A stretch of DNA of 33,044 nucleotides from Barthelona sp. PAP020 (taxonomy: Eukaryota), in assembly GCA_040182905.1 (NCBI GenBank), contig JARQWU010000099.1, forward strand, positions 1-33,044, in the 5' to 3' direction. Position 1 is the first letter of the stretch, and every line of letters begins with the position of its first letter. The translations under genes and the position numbers were made by a program. Under the pieces are notes generated by a model. It saw nothing but the letters and a program-made list of their open reading frames with translations, was not told the DNA's origin and did not search any database. Below, piece by piece: positions 19,667 to 28,699 of the stretch.

Positions 19667-20129
19667 ATATGAAATCAAGTCAATCAAGATTTATCACTTT
19701 TTTTGTATGTGTAAATAAATATATGTGTTTCAAATGATTTTTTGTTTTTCCTTCCAAAGAATCAGTCTTGAATTCCAAACCAAGAGAGTGGATTCGGTAA
19801 GCTTTCTTAGAGAATAATTGGGGAGAGACCCAAGTTTCTTGATTTATTGACATGACAACTTCTCTTCCGTTAATTCATTCAATCATAATGGGCTTGCAGA
19901 GTAGTCATTGGTTTTATGTGGAGTTTTGGTGTGTGAAGCTTTGTTTAAGATTTAGAGAATATTCAAAGGAGAAATTTCTTTGAATGGCAAATTGATTCAA
20001 GAGAGAAAATTTCAAGGAGCTCTTACTCAAAGTCTGTTAGTGTGAAAACCATTGGGAGACAGTGGAAAAAAAAAAAAGAAAAACCAATAACTGTATATAA
20101 ACAACTGATTTATTATTCTATGCTGAGTG

Positions 20130-21890
20130 TTAAAGTTCTTTGCCTTCATCAATATCAAGAAGGAAATCGTAAGCATCATGAAAGGTGTCGATTGAAAGCT
20201 CCAAAGTTTCAACAAGAGTTTCATAAAGGTCAATTGAGGGATTTTCCAAGAATTGATGTAAAGCGGTAAGAGAAACTTGATAATTGTACAAATCTATGGG
20301 TATTTTAGACATTTGTGGAATGACAATCTGTGGTTTTTCAATTTCTATGGGATTTTTAGGTTGAGCTTCAAGTGTTGAATCTGCATATAAGTTATTTGTC
20401 TGAAGATTCTTAATCTTAGCTCTAAAAGTTCTAGTTGTAACATCAGAATAAAGCATAATTAGTTCACTCATAAGATTAAACAGTCTTTTAACTGGCCTTC
20501 TGTTGACATGACTAAGCTTCCGCAAAATAGGTTGCAATTCACTTTGACTGAGTCGATCAAAATCCAAAGTATTGCGATATCCTTCAAGAAACTCCAAGAG
20601 AGCTGTTGAGCAATCTTCCTTTGGAACTTCAAAATCTATTTTCGCTATTTTCTTCACATGTTTCTTCGAACTTCTCAACAGAGGATTTAAATTCATGCTG
20701 ATGAAAAATAAAGGATCCAACACCTCAAGGATGTTATCATGAACCTTTTCAAGATTATTTTCCACGATTGAATCTTTCAAATCAATCAATTGCTTTTGCA
20801 AAGCATCAAAGTCACAATAGTTTGTCAATGACTCAATGTCACTTTGCAGGAGATCATCAATGCTACGATTAGAAATAGGACAAATAAATTCCTTTTTCGG
20901 AATATCAACAATATTTCCTGATGATAAATATCGCTCAAGTAATTCAATATCCACAGCTTCTTCATTGAATTTTGCAGTGTTGACCATTTCAATCATCTTT
21001 TGATGTGAATTGGCCAATTGAACATTTTTCTTACGTAAATAGATATTCTCTTGTGCCAATTGAATATTCTGACTTCTGAGCAAAGAAACTTCGCCTTTTG
21101 TGTATGGTTTCTTCAGTGTTTCAAACATTTCTCGCAATTTTTCATTTTCTTTTCTTAACTCATCCATTTCTGCATTATCAACAGTCATTTCAATATCATA
21201 ATTTGCTTTTGCAGATCTTCTTGAAGCAGAACTGGAATTAGTGCTTGATAAGTTTGATTTATTCGTTTTGCTACCCATCGAATCACTTCGAGCTTCAAAA
21301 TCAAAATTAACACCCCTGTTATCCTTTTGTACATTACCACTTGGCTTATTTCGCACCGTTTTTGCTTGCTCCTGTTTTTGTTTATTTTGCTGAGACTGGG
21401 GCCTTCCATAAGCTCCAAAATCATCATTATCTTCTTCTTCCTTCTTTTGTTGTTGTTGGCTATTTGAACTCTCTTTAATCATCTCAGGAATCAACTCAGG
21501 ATGAGCAGTCTCAATATGGTCCAAAATTTTGTGTATGAGGGAATAATTTGCAGGATTTTTGGTAATCAATTTATCGGTCTTTGGAATGTCTTCAATTTCA
21601 ATTTGTTCACATAAATCACCAACTTCATTTAAGAATACACGTTTGTATTGTTCCGCTGCCTGTTGTCTTTGTTGAGCTGAATATTGATACTTCATTTCTA
21701 ATATTTTTTCTCTAGAACGTTGATTCATGATAGAATCGAGTTTTTTATTTCCTAAAACACTGAATAAATTTGAATATATCAATTCTTTTTCTTCAAAATT
21801 TAATTCAACAAATCTATTGCTTGGTAAAGATTTTAAATTTCGTACATAATTGACTAATCGTTTGTGTAATTGCAATACAGTAGTGGACAT
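20130..21890 (-). CDS. Hypothetical coiled-coil protein
   Basis: Long ORF (likely ATG 21890, MSTTVLQ) with a Q/S-rich linker and a coiled coil (ELRKENEKLREMF; LLRSQNIQLAQEN); family not recognised. Confidence 0.8.
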   Translation of the reverse strand: MSTTVLQLHKRLVNYVRNLKSLPSNRFVELNFEEKELIYSNLFSVLGNKKLDSIMNQRSREKILEMKYQYSAQQRQQAAEQYKRVFLNEVGDLCEQIEIEDIPKTDKLITKNPANYSLIHKILDHIETAHPELIPEMIKESSNSQQQQKKEEEDNDDFGAYGRPQSQQNKQKQEQAKTVRNKPSGNVQKDNRGVNFDFEARSDSMGSKTNKSNLSSTNSSSASRRSAKANYDIEMTVDNAEMDELRKENEKLREMFETLKKPYTKGEVSLLRSQNIQLAQENIYLRKKNVQLANSHQKMIEMVNTAKFNEEAVDIELLERYLSSGNIVDIPKKEFICPISNRSIDDLLQSDIESLTNYCDFDALQKQLIDLKDSIVENNLEKVHDNILEVLDPLFFISMNLNPLLRSSKKHVKKIAKIDFEVPKEDCSTALLEFLEGYRNTLDFDRLSQSELQPILRKLSHVNRRPVKRLFNLMSELIMLYSDVTTRTFRAKIKNLQTNNLYADSTLEAQPKNPIEIEKPQIVIPQMSKIPIDLYNYQVSLTALHQFLENPSIDLYETLVETLELSIDTFHDAYDFLLDIDEGKEL

Positions 21891-22270
21891 TGATATTTGT
21901 AAGAAAGATTCGTCAAAAATTATTCTTTCAAAAAAAAATTTTGCCCTTTTCTTTTCCAATATTTTTATTCAAATTCGTTATCAAGTTATTAAGTTTTATG
22001 ATGATTATATTATTGTATTTATCTTTTGTTCTTTTCAATCATTGAAAAGTATTTCAAATTGGGATATTTAACTTCTATTTTGGTGGTAAACAGTGAAAAT
22101 TCTATTTCTATTTACATTTTGCTAATTCTTTTGAAAATTGAATCATATTTCAGTAAAACATCTTTTTTTTTTTTTTGGAAAATAATTCTTTAATGAATTG
22201 TTTTCATTACTAATGTTAGCAATCTTTGAATATTTTATTGAATAATTTCATTGTAGATTAAGGATTGAAA

Positions 22271-22354
22271 ATGTCAAAAGGGTCTACAGTTATTTTAAGT
22301 GCATTTATTTTAACAGTTGGTGGTTTGATTACATTTTTGAGTTTAATTAAGTAA
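22271..22354 (+). CDS. Candidate 27-aa hydrophobic micropeptide/uORF overlapping the next start codon (TAATG)
   Basis: AAAATG context; reads MSKGSTVILSAFILTVGGLITFLSLIK*. The stop TAA at 22352-22354 shares its last A with the ATG at 22354. Confidence 0.35.
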   Translation: MSKGSTVILSAFILTVGGLITFLSLIK

Positions 22355-22926
22355 TGAGTCTCGTCAAAAAGAAAATTGAGGATATTATCTTTCAAACACT
22401 AAATCATGGCCCAACAGTCATGGTTTCTTCTATTGATAATGAAGGAAATCCAGATGCATGTGCTGTTTCATGGTATACTTTTGTTACCAATAATCCTCCA
22501 AGAGTTAGTATTGTTCTTGCAAAAAGCCATGAAGATTATCATAATATCAAGATGTTTGATGGAAAATGTGTAATCAATGTAGTTGACTCATCTATGATTG
22601 ATGCAATGTGGTACACTGGTTGTCATAGTGCAAGAGATACCGGAGATAAGGCAGAATCATCTGGACATGAATTTGATTGGGCTGACAGTTTATCTAAAGA
22701 TGAAGTTTGGCCTAAATGGGTTGACCAAGCAGTTGGACATTTGGAATGCAAACTTGATAGTGAAATGGAATACAGTGGAATGAGCGTTATGATTTTTAAC
22801 GTGATAAACTGCTATGTTCGAAGTGATATGTGGTCTGACACTGACGGTTGGGTGACAGGAAGTTTTCCTCATCATTTTGGTTGTGGTCGTTGGGGCAAAA
22901 CAGAAGCTTCTGAAGCAGAAATCTAA
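22354..22926 (+). CDS. Flavin reductase family protein (FMN-binding split barrel, flavoredoxin-like), prokaryote-type
   Basis: LNHGPTVMVSS, NPPRVSIV, CVINV, GCHSARDTGDK, GHLECKL and a C-terminal HHFGCG. Confidence 0.88.
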   Translation: MSLVKKKIEDIIFQTLNHGPTVMVSSIDNEGNPDACAVSWYTFVTNNPPRVSIVLAKSHEDYHNIKMFDGKCVINVVDSSMIDAMWYTGCHSARDTGDKAESSGHEFDWADSLSKDEVWPKWVDQAVGHLECKLDSEMEYSGMSVMIFNVINCYVRSDMWSDTDGWVTGSFPHHFGCGRWGKTEASEAEI

Positions 22927-23318
22927 TCTGCCTTTATATTATCAGATATTTGCATTTTGATTGAACAAAAACAGATAAATGACCAATTTAAAACCGTTTT
23001 GGTTCTTTTTTGAATGAATGCATGATAAATCTAAATCTATCTTCCTCTAGTTTGAAGAATCTATAAAAGAGCTTTGTACTTTTTTTTCTTTTGACAAATT
23101 TCTCTTCATATAATATTAAAGAAGAGATGGAAAATGAATTCATTGAAATTTTCTGTTTACATCATGCATCCAAAACTTTTAACACAAATCAGTTGAAAAA
23201 ATTGCAAACTTTTCGTGCAGGCAAAAAAAAATTAAAAAATTGTAAAATTTTATCAAATATTTGAAAAACATCACACACTTACAAACAAAATTGGTTACTT
23301 AAAAAAAACAATGGCATC

Positions 23319-24848
23319 TTAAACATCAGGTTCAACCTCATTCTCAGTTTGAACACTTTGTTGAGGTTCAAGTTCATTAACTTCAGTCTTTACCTTGTCT
23401 TTGGGGTTTTTGAACTTTTTGTTCTGTTGTCTTTTCAAAGCTCTTTCCTTTTTTCTATTTTCAACGGATTTTTGATGATCTTGAATAAGCTTTTCAGTTT
23501 GTTCTTCAAATTCTGCTTCAATTTTTGCAATTCTTTCCTCCAATGATTGCTTATACTTCAAGTGCTTTTCAGCAATTTCAGCTTTCTTTGCCTCAAGTTG
23601 GGTGACACGCTTTTGTCTTCTTTCTTCAAAAGTGGCAATCAAACCATCTTTTCTCTTGTTTAAGAGAATGAGAGTTTCCCTCAATTGAGCTTTTTGTTGA
23701 GGAATAAAGATATTGAAATGATTCAAAACATCAATATAATATTCATCAAGAGTGATTTGATCAGGATCAATATATTGAGCAACAACTTTCTTTGCTTCTC
23801 TGGCCAATTTTCTCTTTTGTTTCTTTCCAACATTTCTAGGTGCTTGAGCCTTCTTTTCAGTAATCACATTAAGCTTATTCTGGTTGTTTGAAACAGAATC
23901 TTCTGTAGAATTTCGAGTTGGTTGAGTATTTCTCGTCATTTGAATCTTACGAGTCAACATTTGATTCAGATAGGCAATGCAACTTTCAATAGATTGCAAA
24001 TCTTCATCCATGAATGAGGAAGAATTCAATTTTGCCTCTTCTCTAGCAACATACTCCAAATCTTTTTTGACAATTTCTTCATGATTATTTCTTAATTTAT
24101 CTAACCCACGGTTGTGATTCTCTCTGCGATCTTCTAAATAACCATAGAATTTCTTCTCATTCCATTCATCGAGCAATGCTGAATAATCTTCATTGATTTT
24201 TCTTTTCATCTTGTATAATTCAGAAATCTCATTTCCAATACCATCAGCTTGCTCATAAATGCTTTTAAATTCATTTGAATCTTCAGGTTGTAACTCATCT
24301 TTTAAAGCCTTTAATTGCTTCAATTCATCATACTTTTGATTCAAATCAAGATTAACTTCAGTCAAAATACCAAATAAATTAATTAAGGGATCAAGTTTTG
24401 TTAAACTGTGAATTTTATTGGATAATTCACTACGTTCCTTATGGTCCAACTTATCAGATATCAATCTGTCATTCAATCTTTTTTTATAAGCCTCAATTTT
24501 TTCAATAGCAGAAGGATTAGCTGGATCAATATTATTGGGCAAACTTTTTAAAAGTCCTCTAATAGAAGATTGATAATCTTCAATTTTTTGAGATGTCTTT
24601 TCCTTATTCTCTTTCAAATCATTAATTTCATCCCACTTTTTGCGATAATTGGTGGAAACATCAATAAATTGTTGTCTTTGATTGCTAAATGAACTTTTTT
24701 TAGATTCCAATGCCGAAAAAAGCTCTTCTCTTTTTTTTGTCAAAGCTTGAATCTGGGCATCACAGTTTTTGATTTGTGAATCCCTCAATTCATTGGAAGG
24801 TCTTGGAAACCTAACATCTAATGATACTTTGCCTGAAGTCTTGCTCAT
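23319..24848 (-). CDS. Bfr1/proton-pump-interactor-like coiled-coil protein
   Basis: An N-terminal PRP...D.QI..L helix, a long coiled coil, IESCIAYL, a basic linker and ITLDEYYIDVLNHFNIFIP...TLILLNKRK resembling the Bfr1 C-terminal motif. ATG at 24848. Confidence 0.6.
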   Translation of the reverse strand: MSKTSGKVSLDVRFPRPSNELRDSQIKNCDAQIQALTKKREELFSALESKKSSFSNQRQQFIDVSTNYRKKWDEINDLKENKEKTSQKIEDYQSSIRGLLKSLPNNIDPANPSAIEKIEAYKKRLNDRLISDKLDHKERSELSNKIHSLTKLDPLINLFGILTEVNLDLNQKYDELKQLKALKDELQPEDSNEFKSIYEQADGIGNEISELYKMKRKINEDYSALLDEWNEKKFYGYLEDRRENHNRGLDKLRNNHEEIVKKDLEYVAREEAKLNSSSFMDEDLQSIESCIAYLNQMLTRKIQMTRNTQPTRNSTEDSVSNNQNKLNVITEKKAQAPRNVGKKQKRKLAREAKKVVAQYIDPDQITLDEYYIDVLNHFNIFIPQQKAQLRETLILLNKRKDGLIATFEERRQKRVTQLEAKKAEIAEKHLKYKQSLEERIAKIEAEFEEQTEKLIQDHQKSVENRKKERALKRQQNKKFKNPKDKVKTEVNELEPQQSVQTENEVEPDV

Positions 24849-25060
24849 TTTCTTGTCTTGAAAAAGTAAAAAAAAATAAAATTTTTTCATTTAATTTATT
24901 AAGGATTTTCATTGATTTCTTGTTTTATTCCCCTTTGAAAATAATTATCAATCAATGTTGAGTTTAATTAAACCGAAATTTGACCTTCCGTTTTTTTTTT
25001 TTTTTTGTAAAAATTTGAAAAAATGTAATATGCTGTATTTATTTATAAAACGACTAAAGA

Positions 25061-25441
25061 CTACGAAAAAACGGATGAATTTTCATCATCAGAATCACTT
25101 TCATCACTGTAATTATACAGGAGATTTCCATCATTTTCTTGGGAAGGAACCGAAAGTATTGTACCATTAGGTAATTTCAACGAATTTAAATCTTCAAAAT
25201 TATTATTTTCATTCGATAAAATTTCAAAGAGACCAGGATATACATCAATATTTATATAATTATCTTCATTAGTTAATATTTCACAATTTATTGAATCCAA
25301 ATCTCCACTTTGTTCCAGTTTTTTCTGTTCTTCAATAACTGAAGCAACAGATTTCAAAAAATCATCTGCAACAGACACAAATTGAGAGGGTTTAAATTCC
25401 AATGATGGATAAATATCTTGAATTTCATCGTTATCTGACAT
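25061..25441 (-). CDS. NOPCHAP1/DUF4598-like small acidic protein (tentative)
   Basis: SVADDFLKSV...EQKKL, then INCE...YINIDVYPGLFE resembling the IEMDL.LGV.E motif, and an acidic tail. ATG at 25441. Confidence 0.5.
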   Translation of the reverse strand: MSDNDEIQDIYPSLEFKPSQFVSVADDFLKSVASVIEEQKKLEQSGDLDSINCEILTNEDNYINIDVYPGLFEILSNENNNFEDLNSLKLPNGTILSVPSQENDGNLLYNYSDESDSDDENSSVFS

Positions 25442-25632
25442 TAGAAACAAAAAAGAAAAACTTTAAAACAATTTTGTTCTTCTATAAACACATTGTTTTT
25501 CTCAGAAAGAACCAATTTTGAATTCCCTGCCCTAAAAAATACTTCACAATTGCTGCAAGCAATAGAAAAATTGTCAATTATTAAAGCAAACCAGTCATTT
25601 TTCAATTATCTTTTTATTTCATTTTTTACCTA

Positions 25633-26223
25633 ATGACATTGAATTTAAACAAGATTTCAAGAACATTAACTGCAATTTTACGCCACAATAATTTTGCTGG
25701 ACATGCAGCCATTAGTATTGATGAGTTTCCTTCCGATGGATTCTTTACAACTTCAAAATTACGAGATATAATACACTTACCAAATCTAAGAGATGAGGAC
25801 TTCGTCACTATACACAATAACTGTAAAAAGAACAGATTTTCTTTGAGAGGAGAGATTGGAAATTTGGAAATCAGAGCCAATCAAGGGCATTCAGTGAGTG
25901 TTCCAGATTTAAATTTAACAGAAATAACAAATCCTCATGAATTTCCTTGTGCTGTCCATGGTTCATACCAAAGAGTGAAAAATCTTATAGAATTGGAGGG
26001 TTTAAAGGTTATGAGACGTCAGCACATTCATATAGCCCCTCATTTCAAAAAAAATGAAGTTATCTCAGGAATGAGAGGCAGTTGTGATCTATTGGTTTTC
26101 ATTAACATGGAAACTGCAATGAATGACGGAATAAAGTTTTATTTAAGTGCAAATAATGTGATACTAACAAAAGGCATTGATGGAGTATTGCCACCACAGT
26201 ACCTAAGGTTTGAAAATTTGTAA
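25633..26223 (+). CDS. TPT1: RNA 2'-phosphotransferase (Tpt1/KptA)
   Basis: ILRH, KNRF, IRANQGHS, VHGS, MRRQHIH, SGMR and FYLSANNVILT are all canonical. Confidence 0.96.
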   Translation: MTLNLNKISRTLTAILRHNNFAGHAAISIDEFPSDGFFTTSKLRDIIHLPNLRDEDFVTIHNNCKKNRFSLRGEIGNLEIRANQGHSVSVPDLNLTEITNPHEFPCAVHGSYQRVKNLIELEGLKVMRRQHIHIAPHFKKNEVISGMRGSCDLLVFINMETAMNDGIKFYLSANNVILTKGIDGVLPPQYLRFENL

Positions 26224-26397
26224 ATATTAGAATATCGGTTATATTTTTATTCTTCTCTTCAAACAATTAAATATCCAGTTCAATTATCATTTGATCTTTA
26301 AAATTTGCAAATTGAATCGAAAAGTGATAAATTTTATTTGAAAAAAAATAAAACAATTTTGCAGCACTTCATTTTATTTTTTATTTTCACATTTATA

Positions 26398-28584
26398 ATG
26401 CCTCTTGTCTATTGTGTGGAAAATTCTTATGAACATCTCAAGATTAAGGCTGTGTCTTTATTGAGAAAGAAATTTTCCGTTGACTTTACATTTTTTGAAC
26501 CAAATAATATCACTAAGGTTGTTCCAAATACCTATTCTAATCGTGTTTTGATTAATAATGTGTTATTTATTGATGAAGAATTGATATTAGATGATTTGTA
26601 TTCTATTTTGATATATGTTGCTCCTAAATCAAAAGCTGAAGATATCATTAATTATCAAACATGGTTTAACTATGATATGACCATGATTTTACCTGTTTTA
26701 CGTTACGTTTATGCTGAAAAGTATGGATTTGCTGATTTTGCTGAAAATCTTGTTGAAAAAGCTTTCAATGATCTCAATAAGATTGTTGAAACCCTTGAAA
26801 AAAGATTAACTATTGGAAAATTTATTTCTGGTAACAAACCATCACCTTGTGATGTTGTTATCTACATCTCTCTTTATTGTTTGTTAGAAGAAGGTATTTT
26901 ATCTGAGTCTTTGATTAATTGGGGTAATACTGTTGGTAAAATGACAAGGAATGCAATTCCAAGCAAGAGTCTTTTCATCGGTGGAATTTCCACCAACGTT
27001 GTTGTTGAATCTCATGAAAGACGTATTTATGGGCTTTCTGAGAAGCCTGAAAAACCTTTTTACGTTACAACCCCAATTTTCTATGTTAATGACGCTCCTC
27101 ATGTTGGACATGTTTATTCAACCATGTTGGCTGATATCACTGCTCGTTGGTTCCGTGATCAAAGAGGATTTCCTGTTCGTTTTGTTACTGGAACTGATGA
27201 ACATGGGCTGAAGGTTCAACGCGCCGCCGAAAGTTCAAACGTTGATCCTCAAGAACATTGTAATAAGTATTCCACAAGATTCAAAGAGACTTTTGGTAAA
27301 TTCAATCTCAATTATGACAGATTCATTCGTACCACAGATGTTGATCATCATGAAAATGTCCAAAACATTTGGAACAAACTTTTGGAAAAAGGTTTAATTT
27401 ATCGTGGAAACTTTGGTGGATGGTATGCTGTCTCTGATGAATGTTTTTACACTGAGAATGACATTGAAGAGGTTACGGATGCCGATGGTAACACAGTGCG
27501 CATTGCCAAAGAAAGTGGTGCTAAGTGTGTATGGATGGAAGAGGAAAACTTCATGTTCCGTTTATCTAGTTTTGAAAAGCCATTACTTGAATGGTTTGCG
27601 GCAAACCCTAACTGGATTGTTCCTCGTTATCGTCAAAGAGATATGATACACTTTGTCGAAAATGGCCTTCAAGACATCTCTGTAAGTCGTCAAAAAGTCA
27701 GTTGGGGTGTTCCTGTTCCTGGTGTTGATGGTGAAACTATCTATGTTTGGATTGATGCACTTCCCAACTATTTGACTGCTGCTGGTTATGGCACTGATAA
27801 TTCTGTCTGGCCTGCAGATCTTCATGTTTTAGGTAAAGATATTTTAAAGTTCCATTCCATCATTTGGCCTGCCATTTTAATGGCCTTAGAAGTACCTCTT
27901 CCAAAGAAACTTGTTGCTCATGGATGGTGGACAAAGGATGGTGCTAAGATATCAAAATCCACTGGAAATACCTTTGACATCAACGAAATGGCTAATAAAT
28001 GGGGTCTTGATCCCTTACGTTATTGTCTTGCCTATGGTGCTACTCATGGTGCTGATGGTGACTTTTCTGAACGTATTATGCAATCAAGATTAAACTCTGA
28101 CTTGGCTGATGCATTTGGAAATCTGTTTTGTCGTGCAATTTCTTCAAAACTGATTGATAATTGTGAAATACCCACTCCAGGTGAATATATTCAACAAGAA
28201 AGGGATATCATCGCTAAAATCAATGAAACAGTCGGTATGGTTGACCATTGGATGTACACTGTTGACACCAAAAATTGTTTGGAAGAAATTTGGACAATTG
28301 TCAGGGAATTGAATGCATATTTCCAATCTCAAGCTCCTTGGAAGAAGAGTGGTGAAAGAAAGGACACAATCATGTATTTCCTTATGGAATGTATCAGAAT
28401 CATAACTTGTCTTTTCTCTCCTGTTATGCCTGAAAAAGCTCAAATTGTTTTTAATCAATTAGGTTGTTCAGAGGATCAATTCAAGGGAGGAGATCATTTG
28501 AGATTTGGAATTTTACCTCCTGGTCAAAAATTGTTGCCAGAAGAAGACAGAGTCATTTTGTTTGAAAAGAGAAAAGAATTTTAA
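26398..28584 (+). CDS. MARS: Methionyl-tRNA synthetase (MetRS1-type catalytic core) with an N-terminal GST-like domain
   Basis: TTPIFYVNDAPHVGH (HIGH), GTDEHG, YVWIDAL.NY, GKDILKFH and KISKS (KMSKS). The N-terminal LEKRL...FISGNKPSPCDV is GST-C-like. ATG at 26398. Confidence 0.96.
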   Translation: MPLVYCVENSYEHLKIKAVSLLRKKFSVDFTFFEPNNITKVVPNTYSNRVLINNVLFIDEELILDDLYSILIYVAPKSKAEDIINYQTWFNYDMTMILPVLRYVYAEKYGFADFAENLVEKAFNDLNKIVETLEKRLTIGKFISGNKPSPCDVVIYISLYCLLEEGILSESLINWGNTVGKMTRNAIPSKSLFIGGISTNVVVESHERRIYGLSEKPEKPFYVTTPIFYVNDAPHVGHVYSTMLADITARWFRDQRGFPVRFVTGTDEHGLKVQRAAESSNVDPQEHCNKYSTRFKETFGKFNLNYDRFIRTTDVDHHENVQNIWNKLLEKGLIYRGNFGGWYAVSDECFYTENDIEEVTDADGNTVRIAKESGAKCVWMEEENFMFRLSSFEKPLLEWFAANPNWIVPRYRQRDMIHFVENGLQDISVSRQKVSWGVPVPGVDGETIYVWIDALPNYLTAAGYGTDNSVWPADLHVLGKDILKFHSIIWPAILMALEVPLPKKLVAHGWWTKDGAKISKSTGNTFDINEMANKWGLDPLRYCLAYGATHGADGDFSERIMQSRLNSDLADAFGNLFCRAISSKLIDNCEIPTPGEYIQQERDIIAKINETVGMVDHWMYTVDTKNCLEEIWTIVRELNAYFQSQAPWKKSGERKDTIMYFLMECIRIITCLFSPVMPEKAQIVFNQLGCSEDQFKGGDHLRFGILPPGQKLLPEEDRVILFEKRKEF

Positions 28585-28699
28585 GCATGAAAAAATGAGG
28601 CAACTTCTGAATTATACAATAAAAGAGCTGGATCGGAAATTAACACCAAAAGTGATAGGTAAACAAATATTTGTTTGGTTTTTTTTTTCATTTTATATA

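Noticed and set aside
26899..28458. Antisense and alternative-frame ORFs inside MetRS, likewise inside GS, NASP and BRO1
   Set aside because: They are shadow ORFs of well-conserved genes with no recognisable motifs.
13805..28584. Functional cluster of RNA/ribosome genes (SPOUT1, TSR3, NOPCHAP1-like, TPT1, MetRS)
   Set aside because: Strands are mixed and unrelated genes intervene; such density is expected by chance in a compact genome.
28505..28699. Apparent overlap of the Tfb2 ORF with the MetRS 3' end
   Set aside because: It arises from a non-ATG start call; the T-rich leader and homology point to the ATG at 28700.
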